Positions 1 to 12,005 of a DNA stretch of 64,000 nucleotides are shown in pieces (position 1 is the first letter of the stretch; every line of letters begins with the position of its first letter). The stretch comes from Podarcis bocagei (taxonomy: Eukaryota), in the NCBI GenBank assembly GCA_964188305.1, contig OZ076889.1. One strand, 5' to 3'. Made by a program: the position numbers and the translations under genes. The notes under the pieces are model-generated. The model worked only from the letters and a program-made list of their open reading frames with translations. It had not been told where the DNA came from and ran no database searches.

Positions 1-95
1 GCTTGAAAGTGGATGTAGTATTTCACGTTTTCAGAAAACCCTCCAAATTTTCTGGTTTTTTGAATAATTCCTGCATATTGGATATAGGAGAATTC

Positions 96-97
<2 letters not shown>

Positions 98-141
<44 letters not shown>
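98..141. repeat. (CT)n microsatellite
   Basis: Direct dinucleotide run; it produces the spurious ERERER ORF 23..205. Confidence 0.95.
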
Positions 142-146
<5 letters not shown>

Positions 147-740
147 TCAGATGTGCATCTTCCATTCCCTTCATGGAGTGGTGGTATTTGAGTACATTGC
201 ATCAAGGACTGGGGGAGAAATTTGGACCAGTCTGAATTTTAATGCAAATCCTACTTAAATTTACACTTCTTGAAATAATATATGAACCAAATGCAGTTAT
301 CCTTCTGAATTTTGCACTTCTCCAAATTTTATGATGCAGTTCTCCAGTTTTTATGCAAACTGATGCAGAAATGGGGAGACTTAAACTTAGAGACTAGAAA
401 AATGAAAAGCAAATATAAACAGAATTATGCGATTTATTTTTAAAAAATCAACTGCTATTTCGTAAATAATATCAAAGTGGTTTACAACAAAAATACATAA
501 AACCATACAGTAAAACGATATAAAACCATTTAAAAAGACATCAATTAACCACTACAGGAAGACGTATCATTAAATGCCTGGAAGAATAGAAAAGTTTTCA
601 GCAGGCATTTAAGAGTTAAGGCAAAAGGTGCCTGCTGACAGATTAATCCATCCTTACTCACAACAATGTATATTCTAGAAGACAAGATGAAGCAATGGTT
701 CCACTTGGAGAGAGACACCATCGAAAACATCCCCACAACA

Positions 741-1043
741 AAGACATTGGATTCTTATCTCACTATACATGACTAAGCCATTTCTCACCTTCTCACCCCT
801 TGCCTTTTCCTGTAAGACCTATTACAGTCGTTAAGAGTCGTCAACAGGCTCTCTCAGCTATCTGCCTATCTCCCATTCCCACCACCCTTCTGAGTAACAC
901 CCCTCCCCACCTTCTCACTATATAGAAGGATCTGGCAACTTCTGTTTCAGTGTATCTGAAGAAGTGTGCATGCACACGAAAGCTCATACCAAGAACTAAC
1001 TTAGTTGGTCTTTAAGGTGCTACTGGAAGGGATTTTTATTTTG
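741..1043 (+). mobile_element. Penelope-like element 3' fragment (end of ORF plus pseudo-LTR) inserted in the L1
   Basis: Begins with KDIGFLSHYT*, a typical PLE ORF C-terminus. Flanked by the 12-bp direct repeat ATCCCCACAACA (729-740 and 1044-1055). Carries a hammerhead core. Confidence 0.75.
952..989 (+). ncRNA. Minimal type I hammerhead ribozyme motif of a Penelope-like element
   Basis: GTAT-CTGAAGA-A-GTGTGC-AT-GCACAC-GAAA-GCTC-ATAC. It has the CUGAnGA and GAAA core boxes, a 6-bp stem II, stem I GTAT/ATAC and a palindromic AGCT stem III. Confidence 0.75.
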
Positions 1044-1793
1044 ATCCCCACAACAGCTTACCCATTTCTCCAAAACAAACTAAAGAAAATCCCCACAACA
1101 TTGAACAGGTTCACACAGAAGGGAAAAGCAGACAAACTATCCCCATCCCCCATCCCCACTAATCCCCCTGGCCTACATGCAACATGCATCACAAACCTCC
1201 AGATAAAAACCTGACAAGCCAAAGGCCAACACTGTCTAAAAGATTTCTATAACAACAACAAACCTATACCAACACAAGAAATACAAGACAAACGAGGGGA
1301 CACCGAAATACCTTGGCTAACACATCATCAACTACATGCCTTCTTAAACAATCCAATAGTAAAACCAGTAGCCACTAGGCCCTTGGCCACCTTTGAAAAC
1401 CTTCTCCTGATAGCAGAGGGACATGGTAAAGGGATGGTATCCACAATATACAAAATACTGCTTCAAAATCCCACCAACCCCCTTGACGCAATCAAAGAAC
1501 AATGGGAGCAGGACATAGGCTTTGAAATTAACCCCACCCAATGGACTAGAATGTGGTCTAAACTTCCCTTTAAGTCCATATCAGCCAAAAGAAGGGAACT
1601 TACTCTGAAACTCACCTATAGGTGCTACTTAACACCACGGAAACTGAAGCTGATATGCCCAGGAACCTCACCAAGATGTTTGAGAGGCTGCACCTCTGCA
1701 GGCACATACCTCCACATGTGGTGGAAATGCCCTATAATCCAACCCTTCTGGACAGCAGTTCTACAAGAGATAAACAAAATAACTAAACAGGTA

Positions 1794-1988
1794 CAGTGGT
1801 ACCTCTGGTTAAGAACTTAAGTCATTCTGGAGATCAGTTCTTAACCTGAAACTGTTCTTAACCTGAGGTACCACTTTAGCTAATCGGGCCTCCCGCTGCC
1901 ACCGCACAATTTCTGTTCTCACTCGAGGTACTACTTCTGGGTTAACGGAGTCTGTAACTTGAAGCATCTGTAACCCAAGGTACCACTG
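1794..1988. mobile_element. Tc1/mariner (Tigger/pogo-type) MITE
   Basis: Terminal inverted repeats CAGTGGTACCT...AGGTACCACTG with TA duplicated on both sides (1792-1793, 1989-1990). It splits the L1 reading frame. Confidence 0.85.
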
Positions 1989-4900
1989 TATTAGAACCCA
2001 CCCCAGAACTGGCCCTACTGAACATCTTCCAAGATCTGAATGACCACTCACATTATAGAGAGCTTATAACCCATCTACTCTCAGCAGCCAGAAGCCTCAT
2101 AGCCAGACACTGGAGAGACCTGTCAGGAGTAAACATGAACCAATGGTATCAAATTGTATGGGGAAATGGCCTTGCTAGAAAAGCTAACCAATAAACTGAA
2201 ACTGTCACAGGGACAAATAGAAGAGGATGCCTTCACCCCATTCTGGCTCCCCTTTATCACCTACACAGCCCAACAAGTTAATGACAAGAATCCACCAACA
2301 GCATATGAATCAATCTGGCTTACCTGACCTAACAAGCCCTCCCCCCCTCACAAATGCAAACAAACCCCACTGCAGACAACCACAGACAACTAACCACACC
2401 CTGCCCCTAATACATCTCACCACCAAGTAAATGTAATAAACAAATAGAAAGAGAACCTACCCAGTTGACGCTGACACAAAATCCCACATGTACACTATAC
2501 AAAAGAATATAAGCCTCACCACCACTCTTCTTCCCTAAGTGATTTGTAAGAAAGACTGTACAACCTGAAAATAGAGACAAGGCATGTACTTTTGTAAACC
2601 AAGAAAATATTTAATAAAAAATAAATTACAAAAAACAACAGTGTTGTGAAATAGGCTAGGCTGGAGCATGGCGACTTGCCCAAAGCCATTTGTTAAGCAT
2701 CACTACAACTATACTCACCCTCTAGTTTCCAGAGACTCTGATTTCAAACCACTAATAACAGTTCATTGTCAAGTTGTTCTCTGTGCTGTTTTATCTCTGC
2801 CAAATCTAAAGCAGCGAAGATGAGGGAGGGAGGTGGGAAAATGTGTTCCACCAGGGAAACACTTGTCACAGGAAATGCTGAGGGCTTATTGTTGCCATCA
2901 GCCACTTGAACTGGTGACAGGCCTAAAGATGATGGGCAGGGAGGGCATTTAAGCTAATCGCTGCTTTGTACAGAAGCCTAATGTGGACTGTATCCCTTGA
3001 TGGCTTCATGGTAGGATATGTAAGAACACCATGAATGTAAATGGCCAGCATTATTGACAGGCAGTCCTGTTGAATGGTCAACAGTTGTGGAACCATCTCT
3101 AGCTCAGCAATCCTTTCCCATGTTTGGCTGTCAAGTGTGAAAGCCTATGTGGTACTTTCATGCCCACATGAAATAGTCCCCAAAGCAGTGGTGCTAAATG
3201 ATTTGGGGAGGCTCGGTGCTTAAGGAAAACAGGTTGAGGATTCTGCATCGCAGTTGCTTTCCAGGTTTGCCCATTCACATAGCTATCATAAACTGACTCA
3301 ATCCACCCCAGCCTCAAAATGTGTACTGAACGATTTCACAATGGCTGTGTATTTCAGGTTGCAATTACAGTGAAGTTTAGTGACAATTCAGGTCTCAGCT
3401 GCAGTTTCCCATGTTATCCAGTGTGCTCTGAAATTTCATGCCAGCAAACTATGCCGATCAGGATTTTCTCCACTGCCTCCAGACACAAATGTTTGAGTCT
3501 TGCTGCTTATCACTTCTTCCCAATTGCTACCCTTCTCCCAGGGCTTTGCGTGCATTTGAAATCAACACTTAGCTGCTGCAAAATACCATGTAAATCAAAT
3601 GTATACATTGACATGAGGGCCAGGGGCAGTAGGCACAATTCTGACCTCTCTTTTTCTTATGCACACACTAGCATCATGGTACACAATATCTTGTATGAGC
3701 AGGCCTCTGCCCGTGCCTGCCAAATCCAGTGCCCACCAGAGCAGTTCCAAGCCTAAAAGTTTCCCCTTGTTCAGTTTAATAGGATTTACTTTGTAGAAGA
3801 GTTGAATGGGATTGTAACCTTCTACCTAGCATTATCACTATGGTTTTCAGTGAACGTCTGGGGATTTTGTGCATCTCTCCATGCAAGAAAGAAAAATAAA
3901 GATGTTTGTGCTGTCTGTACAAACCGCAAGATGTAGTGAAGGCTGCCAAGTTGGGTGGTCCAATCATTTTGTGGAGCCTGTCCATAGCTGCCAGTAATCA
4001 TGGCTTTATTCTTTCCCCAGTATCAGAAACTCCCTTCCTCTAAATTGTGGGGAAGCTGTAACAACAGTAGGAGAAGCCAATTGCACTCATGCCATGTTTG
4101 TGGAATTCCAAATCCTGTCAACTGCAGGAAGGAGGAGGCTGGAGTAAATGGACCTTTCGTCTAATCCAGCAGAACTCTTTTTACACTCTCTTGACCATGA
4201 GTATTCTTGCATTCACTCAGGAACTGCTGAGTCTCTGCATTCACAAGAGGCTTGCCTCTCGTCTGCAAGCTTCGTGCAACCTAGGTACTTATTTTCACCC
4301 AGCAAATGCTAGAGGGCATGCTAGGTTACATCTTGGTCTCTCTGTGGATACCAATTAGCACAATGTGTCCTGCAGCTGAGCTTGTTTCAAGCCTGAAGAT
4401 TCCTCAAGCACTATTTATTAGCCAGCACTTTATTTAATCAGCCTTCCTAGTTTCTCTGTTACATTTTAATCTTTGAGCAAAATTCTCCCCTCTCTCTCTC
4501 TTTTGCCACAGACTCCTTAATCTCATTACTCTTGGATGTCAGACGAGACTAATCACCTCGGCCATGAAATCAAAGACAACTGTTGCAATAGCCAGGAGAC
4601 GAGTCTTTTCTGGAAATTAATTCTTCCAGCAGACAAGCAAAATGCCATTTTAAGAATGGGAGGTGGGTCTTAATTTTGCTGTGGAAAATCAAGGCATTTT
4701 TATGAAGGTGGTGATTAACGTACAAGGTTGCCACCTATTTTAATCCCTGGGCGGGATCACTGTGCCTTTCACAATGGCACAATATAGGTGGAGCTTCTCC
4801 TGATGTGGTGATGTGAAGAAGGGAAAAACTTCAGCTACTGAGGTTGCTTAGCAGCTATTTAAGGCACAAGACAGAGGCTCAGCTATGGATGTGGACCCAC

Positions 4901-5132
4901 TCCAGCCTGGTGCTGGCCCTGGTAAAACTTGAAAAAGTTATTTGGAATAGGTACAGCCTTTAGCCCTATTGAGGTGCTCAGGCCAATATCTGAGGGCACA
5001 AGCTATATAGGGGCCTGCACCAGACCCATCATCCCAGCACACCCCAATCCCATCCCTCACACCTTTAGCACAAAGGGCTGGAGGTAAGTTGTTGTTGTTG
5101 CTGCTGCTGCTGCTGCTGTTGCTATTGTTGCT

Positions 5133-5520
5133 ATTTATTGAATTTATATACCGTCCTATACCTGGGGGTCTCAGGGCAGTTCCCAGAATAAAATCAAGAT
5201 ATAAAACCACAAAATACCTGATAAAAATAAAATGACAGCCCAATACACCCCACACACACACACAAAGCACATTTTTAAAGGGCATAGGATGTAAATCAAA
5301 TCAATCAAAGGCCTGGTTAAAAAGGAACGTATTTGCCTGGAGCCTAAAGGTGTATAATGAAGGCACCAGGCAAACTTCCCTGGGGAGAACATTCCACAAA
5401 CGGGGAGCCACTGCAGAGAAGGCCCATTCTCGTGTTGCCACCCTCCGAACCTCTCATGGAGGAGGCACACGAAGGAGGGCCTCAGAAGATGGATCTCAGG
5501 GACTGGGTAGGTTCATATGG
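5133..5520 (-). mobile_element. L2-type LINE 3' fragment with adjacent (TTG)/(CTG) microsatellite (5088-5132)
   Basis: Resembles the recurrent L2-like 3' ends in this window (gaacattccac...gccactgcagagaaggccc); a simple-repeat tail lies at its 3' end. Confidence 0.6.
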
Positions 5521-8500
5521 CAGTCATTGAGTTCTTAGCATCATCCCACAACCCTCACACTGAATGCCCGAACAGAGCTTGTGACAGCATGTGTTGTAAG
5601 TGGGTCAATTTTTAATGTCCAGAGCAACTATTAAACAGCTCCATCACCACTATTTCCAACTAGGGGTGGGTTTTCCCAGTTTCCCACATTTCCTATCTTA
5701 GGTTCATTTCTCCACATTTGTTTACTTTTTTAAAAAGCCTTCACAAGGATACATCATCATTTTACTGCACATTTCTCCATATACACAGCTTTTTGTATGC
5801 AATTTTGCCTAATGTACAATTTTTGTAAGCCTTATTTTTTAAAACAACAACACTTTTTCAGGTGCTGTTTGTGCCAATATGTGAATTTTTATGCATGCTT
5901 TCCCCTAATGTCTGCCTTTTTGTGCCTATAGTGTGCTTGCAGACCTACGTAGCAACATTCAGGGAAGTGCAAATTTTAAAGAATATCTGTGGTTGGTTTG
6001 CAAATTCTTTCTGGAAATATGAATTGGGTAGTTTTGCATTAAAATGTGAAGCTAACTGAATTTCTCCCTGATCCCTATTCCCAACTGTCATTATCACCTT
6101 GTCCCCTAAAAACTTCCTTTCATTTCCCCATAGTAGCCTCATGTACTTTTGGTTTTCACACCCACTTCATATAGCTTGTTAAACTACCCACAAGGCTCCT
6201 ATCCTGCTTTTGGAAATTTGTAGTGGAGGGATTGTTTTGAGCAGGTTGTGCCCTGATCAATTTGCCCTCCCCATTCACCTTCCATTCTGCTCAATTCACG
6301 ACTACATCATAGTTGTGCTGCCCAGCAGTGCCTCCTATGCTTGCCACCCAGTGCAGCAGAACCAGTCATGCTGCCTAAATCCGCCTCTGTCTACAGTGTC
6401 AAGATGACATTGTATTTATCCTTCTGGACCCTATGCATAATAGGTCCCAAAATCAAAGCCATGAGTCAGCTCCAAGTGTTGTGCTGCTCTAAAGGGCTAG
6501 GTTCTCAAACAGTAGGATCGGAAGTTAAAAGTGCAATTAACAGAGCCATCAAACTATCCAGCAAGCCTAAAAGGTTTCTTGATTTCATAAGATCAACCAC
6601 CTCCTTCTTCAAGGAACTTGGTTGAGTAGTTTCTGAGTGACTTTTACGTTTTCCAGCGACACATTGATCGAATAGTGAATCAGAACAGACTGCAGGCCAA
6701 AGTAGATCATGTTGCAAATTGTTTTGATGGGGCTGTAGTGTTTAGACAGACACACACACACATCTCCAGTTCTTAGGTAACCCATCATATGCCATTGATA
6801 ATATATGGACCTCTTTCACAAAATCCAATGTATACCTTGCTTCTCCCAAGGTTACGGCATGATGCATTGATTGATAAGTATGAGGTTGCTCAGGTCTGCA
6901 GAAGACTAAGGAAATATCTGAATATATTTTATTGAACACATGGAAAGTCCAAAGGACAGCACTGAACACGTGCTAAACAGTCACTTGCTTTTGTAAACAT
7001 GGAAACTGTCACCAGAAGCATGACCACATGTTAACTCCAAAGACTGTGCTTCTGTACAGGACTGGCCACAAGCATTTCACACAATGAAATTGACATAATT
7101 CAACATGTTTCTAACGGGAACAAAAGTGCCTTCTACCCCAACCCCAACACCCCATCTTTAAAAGTAATTCAGGCAGCTGTTTTGTTTTGTTTTTCGTTTT
7201 GCTTATTGTGCAAAATGCCCCCACTCCCCAAAACATTCAGTTTCTGAAGGCAAGAAATGAATTTGAAAAATAACACAAATCCACTTGCTTTTGGATTGTT
7301 TCAAAGTTCTCCACCATTAGAAGAAAATGGAGTTAAGCAACTTGTTGTACAGATTGATGATAAGGACCTTAAATGTAGACCTCCCTAAAATGGGCAATAT
7401 CATTTTTCTCTGTGATGTACTGAAGAAAATATTTAGATCAAGGTGACAATGAAGAAAATTGCTAACATTTAGTAGTCAACCTTAACATGCATGGGCTTAC
7501 TCACTAAAACAATGCATCATCACATATTTCTGGCTCTTTTCTTTGCTGCAATTTGTGCTAATTTCAGGGTGCATTTACAGTGTTAAATCTCAACAACAAT
7601 TAAGTACTAGCATAATAAGCACTTGGATCTTATTACATCCAACTTCTCAGGATACACTTGTAGGGAGCATCTTGTTAGTTGGTGCTGCATCTTAGACTAT
7701 GAAAGTTGTCTTTAAAGACTATTCTTCCAAATGTGAATGGATTCTAAATCTCTCTTCTCTCTGGAAGGTTCAGATTAAGCCCCTCACACCTTAAAAGCAT
7801 ACATGAGGGGGACTGGTGCAGGCCAGCAGCCGCCTACCCCACTGGTCCCATGTTCCGCAACTATGAGAAGGGGCCTATCCTGCACACAACCCTGTAGTCC
7901 CCACAGTTGCAGCAGTTCCTGTGTGAACCCCCTTGGTATGAGAGATGGGCCAATGTACCCCATTCATTCAGGCATGGTTCCATGAGTGGGTTCAGCCACT
8001 TACTTCAATCATATCAGCTTCTCTTGAGGAACTTCCACTATCAGTTTCAGGAAGATTGGTGCTTATGTACTTTGCTGCACTTTTTGGTTTACATGTCACC
8101 TTCCTTAACAGGTTACTGGTGAGAGACAGAATGATTGCCTCAGAATTTCTTTCTGTTGTAAGACATACCTTTTCAGTTCGAGGTGAGAGGTGGTAAGCAA
8201 CTGGTGAACCCTTAAGAAATATCCCTTTTATAACACAAATATGCACAGTAAACAAATAAATGATAACTATCAACAGTGCAGAAAATGAACCTATTTACTA
8301 GGGTGTAAGACCTTGTGGGTTGTATCCACCTAAGTCATACTCATTGAACACAGACTCACTGACATCCTTGATATGCAGACCCATTAAAATCAACGGACTT
8401 AAGTTGGATAGACTAACTTCTCCTTCAATTTCGGTGGGTCTACTATGAGGATAAGTCAGATACAACCCACTGAACTTAGTGGAACTTCTGAGAAAAAACA

Positions 8501-10724
8501 CATAGGATTACTGTGGGGCAAGCCTACCTTTCTGACAGATGTACAACAGAGCCAGCACTGCTGGCTCATGCCAAACAGAACAGAAGATGTGGAGGATGTG
8601 CCTTATTTTATTCACTGAACCCAAATTGGAGGGAGTCAAATAGACCAACTCTAGGGAGCATAGGAGCATTCCCTTAGATCTTCTTCTCTGCTCTTCTGCA
8701 CTAATTTATTCTCTTCTTTGTTAGAGTGGTTGGTAGGGAAGGGGTGGTGCTGTGAACATGGTCTCCCAGCAGCACTCTCACTACTACATACTGGGATGGA
8801 GTGATGTAAGGTGGCAGCAAAGTCAGGTGGCACAGATGCACTGGTGGAGCCAATCCAGTGCTCTTTCTGATGCACCTGCCTCAACCTTGCTGGTGCCTTG
8901 CCCCAACCCCGCTCCATCCCAATACAGGTCTGTGGTGCCACCCCACCCCTTGCCATCTCCTCCTGCATCTGTCTCTTTCACCATCATTGTCTCCCAGCAA
9001 TTCTTACTCCCCTCTGACTTTCCCTTCACATTGCATTCCCCTTCCTTCAGTCACCGCACACAGAAGAAAGGCATGATCCTGGGTTATAATTGTTTGTTGC
9101 CCGATATCTTCCTTAATGTGCATACATATTCAGTGTGGACTGATGACATGCAAGGGCAAACATAAGAAGGTGAAAGCAAGGGGGTGGGGAACCAGCAATT
9201 TGTACATGCCCAATAGTCTTTTTAAAAAGGCCAGAAATCAAGACTGGAAGAATCACAAACACATTGGCATCACTGCAAGAAGTTTGGAACACCAAAATTT
9301 GGTGAGAAATTCAGATTGGGGGAATGTCATGAGCATCCCTACTATAGCCTAGTCTGTATCGCTCATCTTATTACAGTAAAAAGATGCTCCCAAGCAAAAT
9401 GTGGAAGTCTCAGCTAAATAGGCCACTTTACATTTAGGGGACAAATAATATCTGCAAGTTAAAAAAAAAAAGAATCTTTCTGAGTTAGATTGAGGCCATT
9501 GATTGGACAACCAACACACAACATATTTCTCTGAAGCATCGTCAAGTCTAATGACCTCAGGGAAGGATCATCTAACCCTGAAATCACTGTGTTGTCTGGT
9601 ATTTTGATACAAGCAGAGGAGAACATGTTCATTCTCTCGTTCACAACCAATATCATAGAGTAGTTGCATAAGAAGGGCTTTGAGTGATTATTTTCCCCAA
9701 ATTTAAGACTCTTCTTAAGATGTAAAGAGATCAAAATTTCCATTATGTGCACTAATGTTTGTCACCATATATTTCTGCACATGTCTCCTTATTATACATA
9801 TCCATGTTTCAGAGGTCAAATCTTGGTCAAGCCATTTTCCTCCCAAATGGGTGGATGTTCAGACTAGCCTGCTGGTCACAAGCTAGTTATAAAATGTTGT
9901 TTTGTCCCACTTCCTGTTATATAAAGTCTTTCCATGATTTCTCCTCCTGTTTTCTCTGTAACCTTGCAACTCTGCCCATTGCTACCCTGCACATCCTCTG
10001 TAGGACCATCTGAAACCCAACGCAGCCGAGCCTGCTGCCAGTGACACAACCAAAACCTGAATCTGAAAACCAGAGGATGGAGGGAGGTCAATCAAGGCGA
10101 TATTTATGTGTGGAACCTCCAGTGACTTTTGCAGCAAGCAGTGAAAAGGAGGAAAGTATGAAGGCAGGGCAAAACAAGAGGCCAGATGGATTTTAAATTG
10201 CACTCAAGAAGCACTGACCTCAGAATAAGAAAACAAATCAACCTCATAAAATCTGAGTGCCAATTTTCTTTTCCTTGTTCAATGTTCATTACGATCCACA
10301 TTCCTGCTAAAAAAATAACCAGAATCTATAAATTTCCCACTGTTCTTGTATCATCAGACTCTGACCACCATATTATCATTTATAAACCCATTAAAATAAT
10401 GAATGAGATCCAGAGGCTGTGGTGTTTTCAGTAGCTGTGCCCTGCTGATTCGTATGTGCCATCTTTCACTTTAATTTCATTGCTCAAAATCCAGTCCTTC
10501 CACACAAGTGCCTGGCACTTCCCACTTCAGCTGTGCATTGATTTCTAAGTAATTGCTGCTTTATTATGCCTTTCCCTTAAATTTCTCAACATATTCTGAT
10601 GCACGTGTCGGCCAACACTAAATTGGATCCCAGATGCTTGGTGTGCTGAGAGCTCATCTAATCATCTGGTCACATGCTGAAGTGCCTGCTGCCCAGCTAC
10701 TCATAAATATTCTCCAGTTTGGCT

Positions 10725-11273
10725 TTATGACATGCCCATGTCTCTGGGCAAATTCAGTTGTATGGATTCTCCACCTGCTATGTATTTGGCCGCCGGCCCA
10801 TTGCTATCCATTGTAAAAAGTTTGCAGGTCTTTGAATTCTCGTGAACAGGGGTAGACCTCTTGGAGGACATGGGGGAGTTGGTTGGGCTCAGTTGCACAG
10901 CCGTGGTGTCTTGAACTGTGTGCTCGCTGGTTTCAATTTCAAAAGCTGTGCTTCCAGGTTTGATGAGCCCAATATTGGCCCCCGGTTTGGATTTCCTTGC
11001 ACCGTGAGCAGGAGGTCTCCGGCTGCAGATGCAGCACGCCCCAAAGAAAGTGAATGCCACAACCAAAAGGATGGGGCCGATGACAATGGGAGGGTTGTTG
11101 ACAGGCAAGAATGTCCCAAAAGCAAACGCTCCCACCAGGGTGATGTTAATGCCTGCGAGCATGATGCACAGTCCACAGGCGCAGCAAAGAGCTGGGGAAG
11201 GGAGACCCTGCGGCCTTGTTTTCTTCTTGCTTGGCTTCTGGGACAAAGGAGTGCTGTTCTTGTCGCTGAACAT
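10725..11273 (-). CDS. TMEM275: Transmembrane protein 275 (single coding exon, 182 aa)
   Basis: ORF with two hydrophobic segments and motifs matching recalled TMEM275 (GLPSPALCCACGLC, C.CSRR, E.E.SE.T.QDTTAVQLSP, QLNLPR). Syntenic with MKNK1. A splice acceptor (ttttcttgtttttcAG) at 11353-11354 starts the exon at 11352. Candidate minus-strand AATAAA at 10560-10565. Confidence 0.92.
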   Translation of the reverse strand: MFSDKNSTPLSQKPSKKKTRPQGLPSPALCCACGLCIMLAGINITLVGAFAFGTFLPVNNPPIVIGPILLVVAFTFFGACCICSRRPPAHGARKSKPGANIGLIKPGSTAFEIETSEHTVQDTTAVQLSPTNSPMSSKRSTPVHENSKTCKLFTMDSNGPAAKYIAGGESIQLNLPRDMGMS

Positions 11274-11301
11274 GTTAGTGTTTCAGGTGGGGCCTTGGAT
11301 T

Positions 11302-11316
11302 TCACTGAACAAACAT
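11302..11316 (-). promoter_or_regulatory. Short uORF (MFVQ*) in the TMEM275 5' UTR
   Basis: Minus strand GGCACC-ATG-TTT-GTT-CAG-TGA lies between the acceptor (11352) and the main ATG (11273). Confidence 0.55.
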
Positions 11317-11769
11317 GGTGCCCACAAGATGGTCGATTGCTGCTCCGAAAGCCTGAAAAACAAGAAAAGGCAGAAAGGAGTGGAATAAACATGTTGATTC
11401 ATTCAGACTTTCTGTTTGCATGATTTGCAAAGATTCAAACCCTGGTAACAATGTTTAAACCCCATTTGTTTGCCTCTGCAAGTTGCCATTTGCACCACAG
11501 GCTGCTCCAGAGGGTGGCAGAGTTGGCCATTTGGTCACAGAGAGCCCAGGGAAATGATAGCATTTCCATTGTGCACAGTGAAGATCAGATGCAGCATAAG
11601 AGAATTCTCAGTTTGCACATCCCGCCTCTTCCGGGTTAGCTAATTGGCGCCATGTCTGAGGACCCACAGAAACCTGGAGCCAGCTCTGGTTTGCACATTG
11701 GTTGGAGCCAAGTGCAATTGCCTCAGGATGAGCAGCCAAGAAAGATCTCCTTCCCTTGCACTGCAGGAG

Positions 11770-12005
11770 GTTGGACTAGACGACCCTTCCGACCCTGTGA
11801 TCCTTTGATTCCTGCATGAGACGACCTGAAACACAACCACACTTGGAATACTGCATTCAGTTCTGGTTGACACACCTCGGGAAGATAGTTACAGAGCTGG
11901 AAAAGGTTCAGTAGAAGGCAACAAAAACCATCATGAAGCTAAGACAACTCTCCTATGAGGAAACTTCAACGTTTGGTCTTTTTAGTTCAGAAAAAGGTGA
12001 GTAAT
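11770..12005 (+). mobile_element. Degenerate CR1 LINE fragments
   Basis: CR1-like 3' end (ggactagacgacccttcc...gattc) and RT-downstream motif (cacttggaatactgcattcagttctgg...gagctggaaaaggttcag). Confidence 0.55.

Larger units (their letters stand above)
650..2640 (+). mobile_element. 5'-truncated L1-clade LINE (ORF2 C-terminus and 3' UTR), interrupted by two younger insertions
   Basis: ORF 1383..1820 has the L1 C-terminal cysteine-rich motif (YLTP..L...C.RGC...GTYLHMWWKCP..QPFW). The frame resumes after the MITE (KQV|LEPTPELALLNIF). AATAAA and an A-rich tail lie at ~2613-2640. The 5' boundary is approximate. Confidence 0.8.

Noticed and set aside
10842-11423. Long ORFs overlapping TMEM275 (193 aa +, 119 aa +, 167 aa -)
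   Set aside because: Shadow frames of a real coding exon, with no recognisable protein features.
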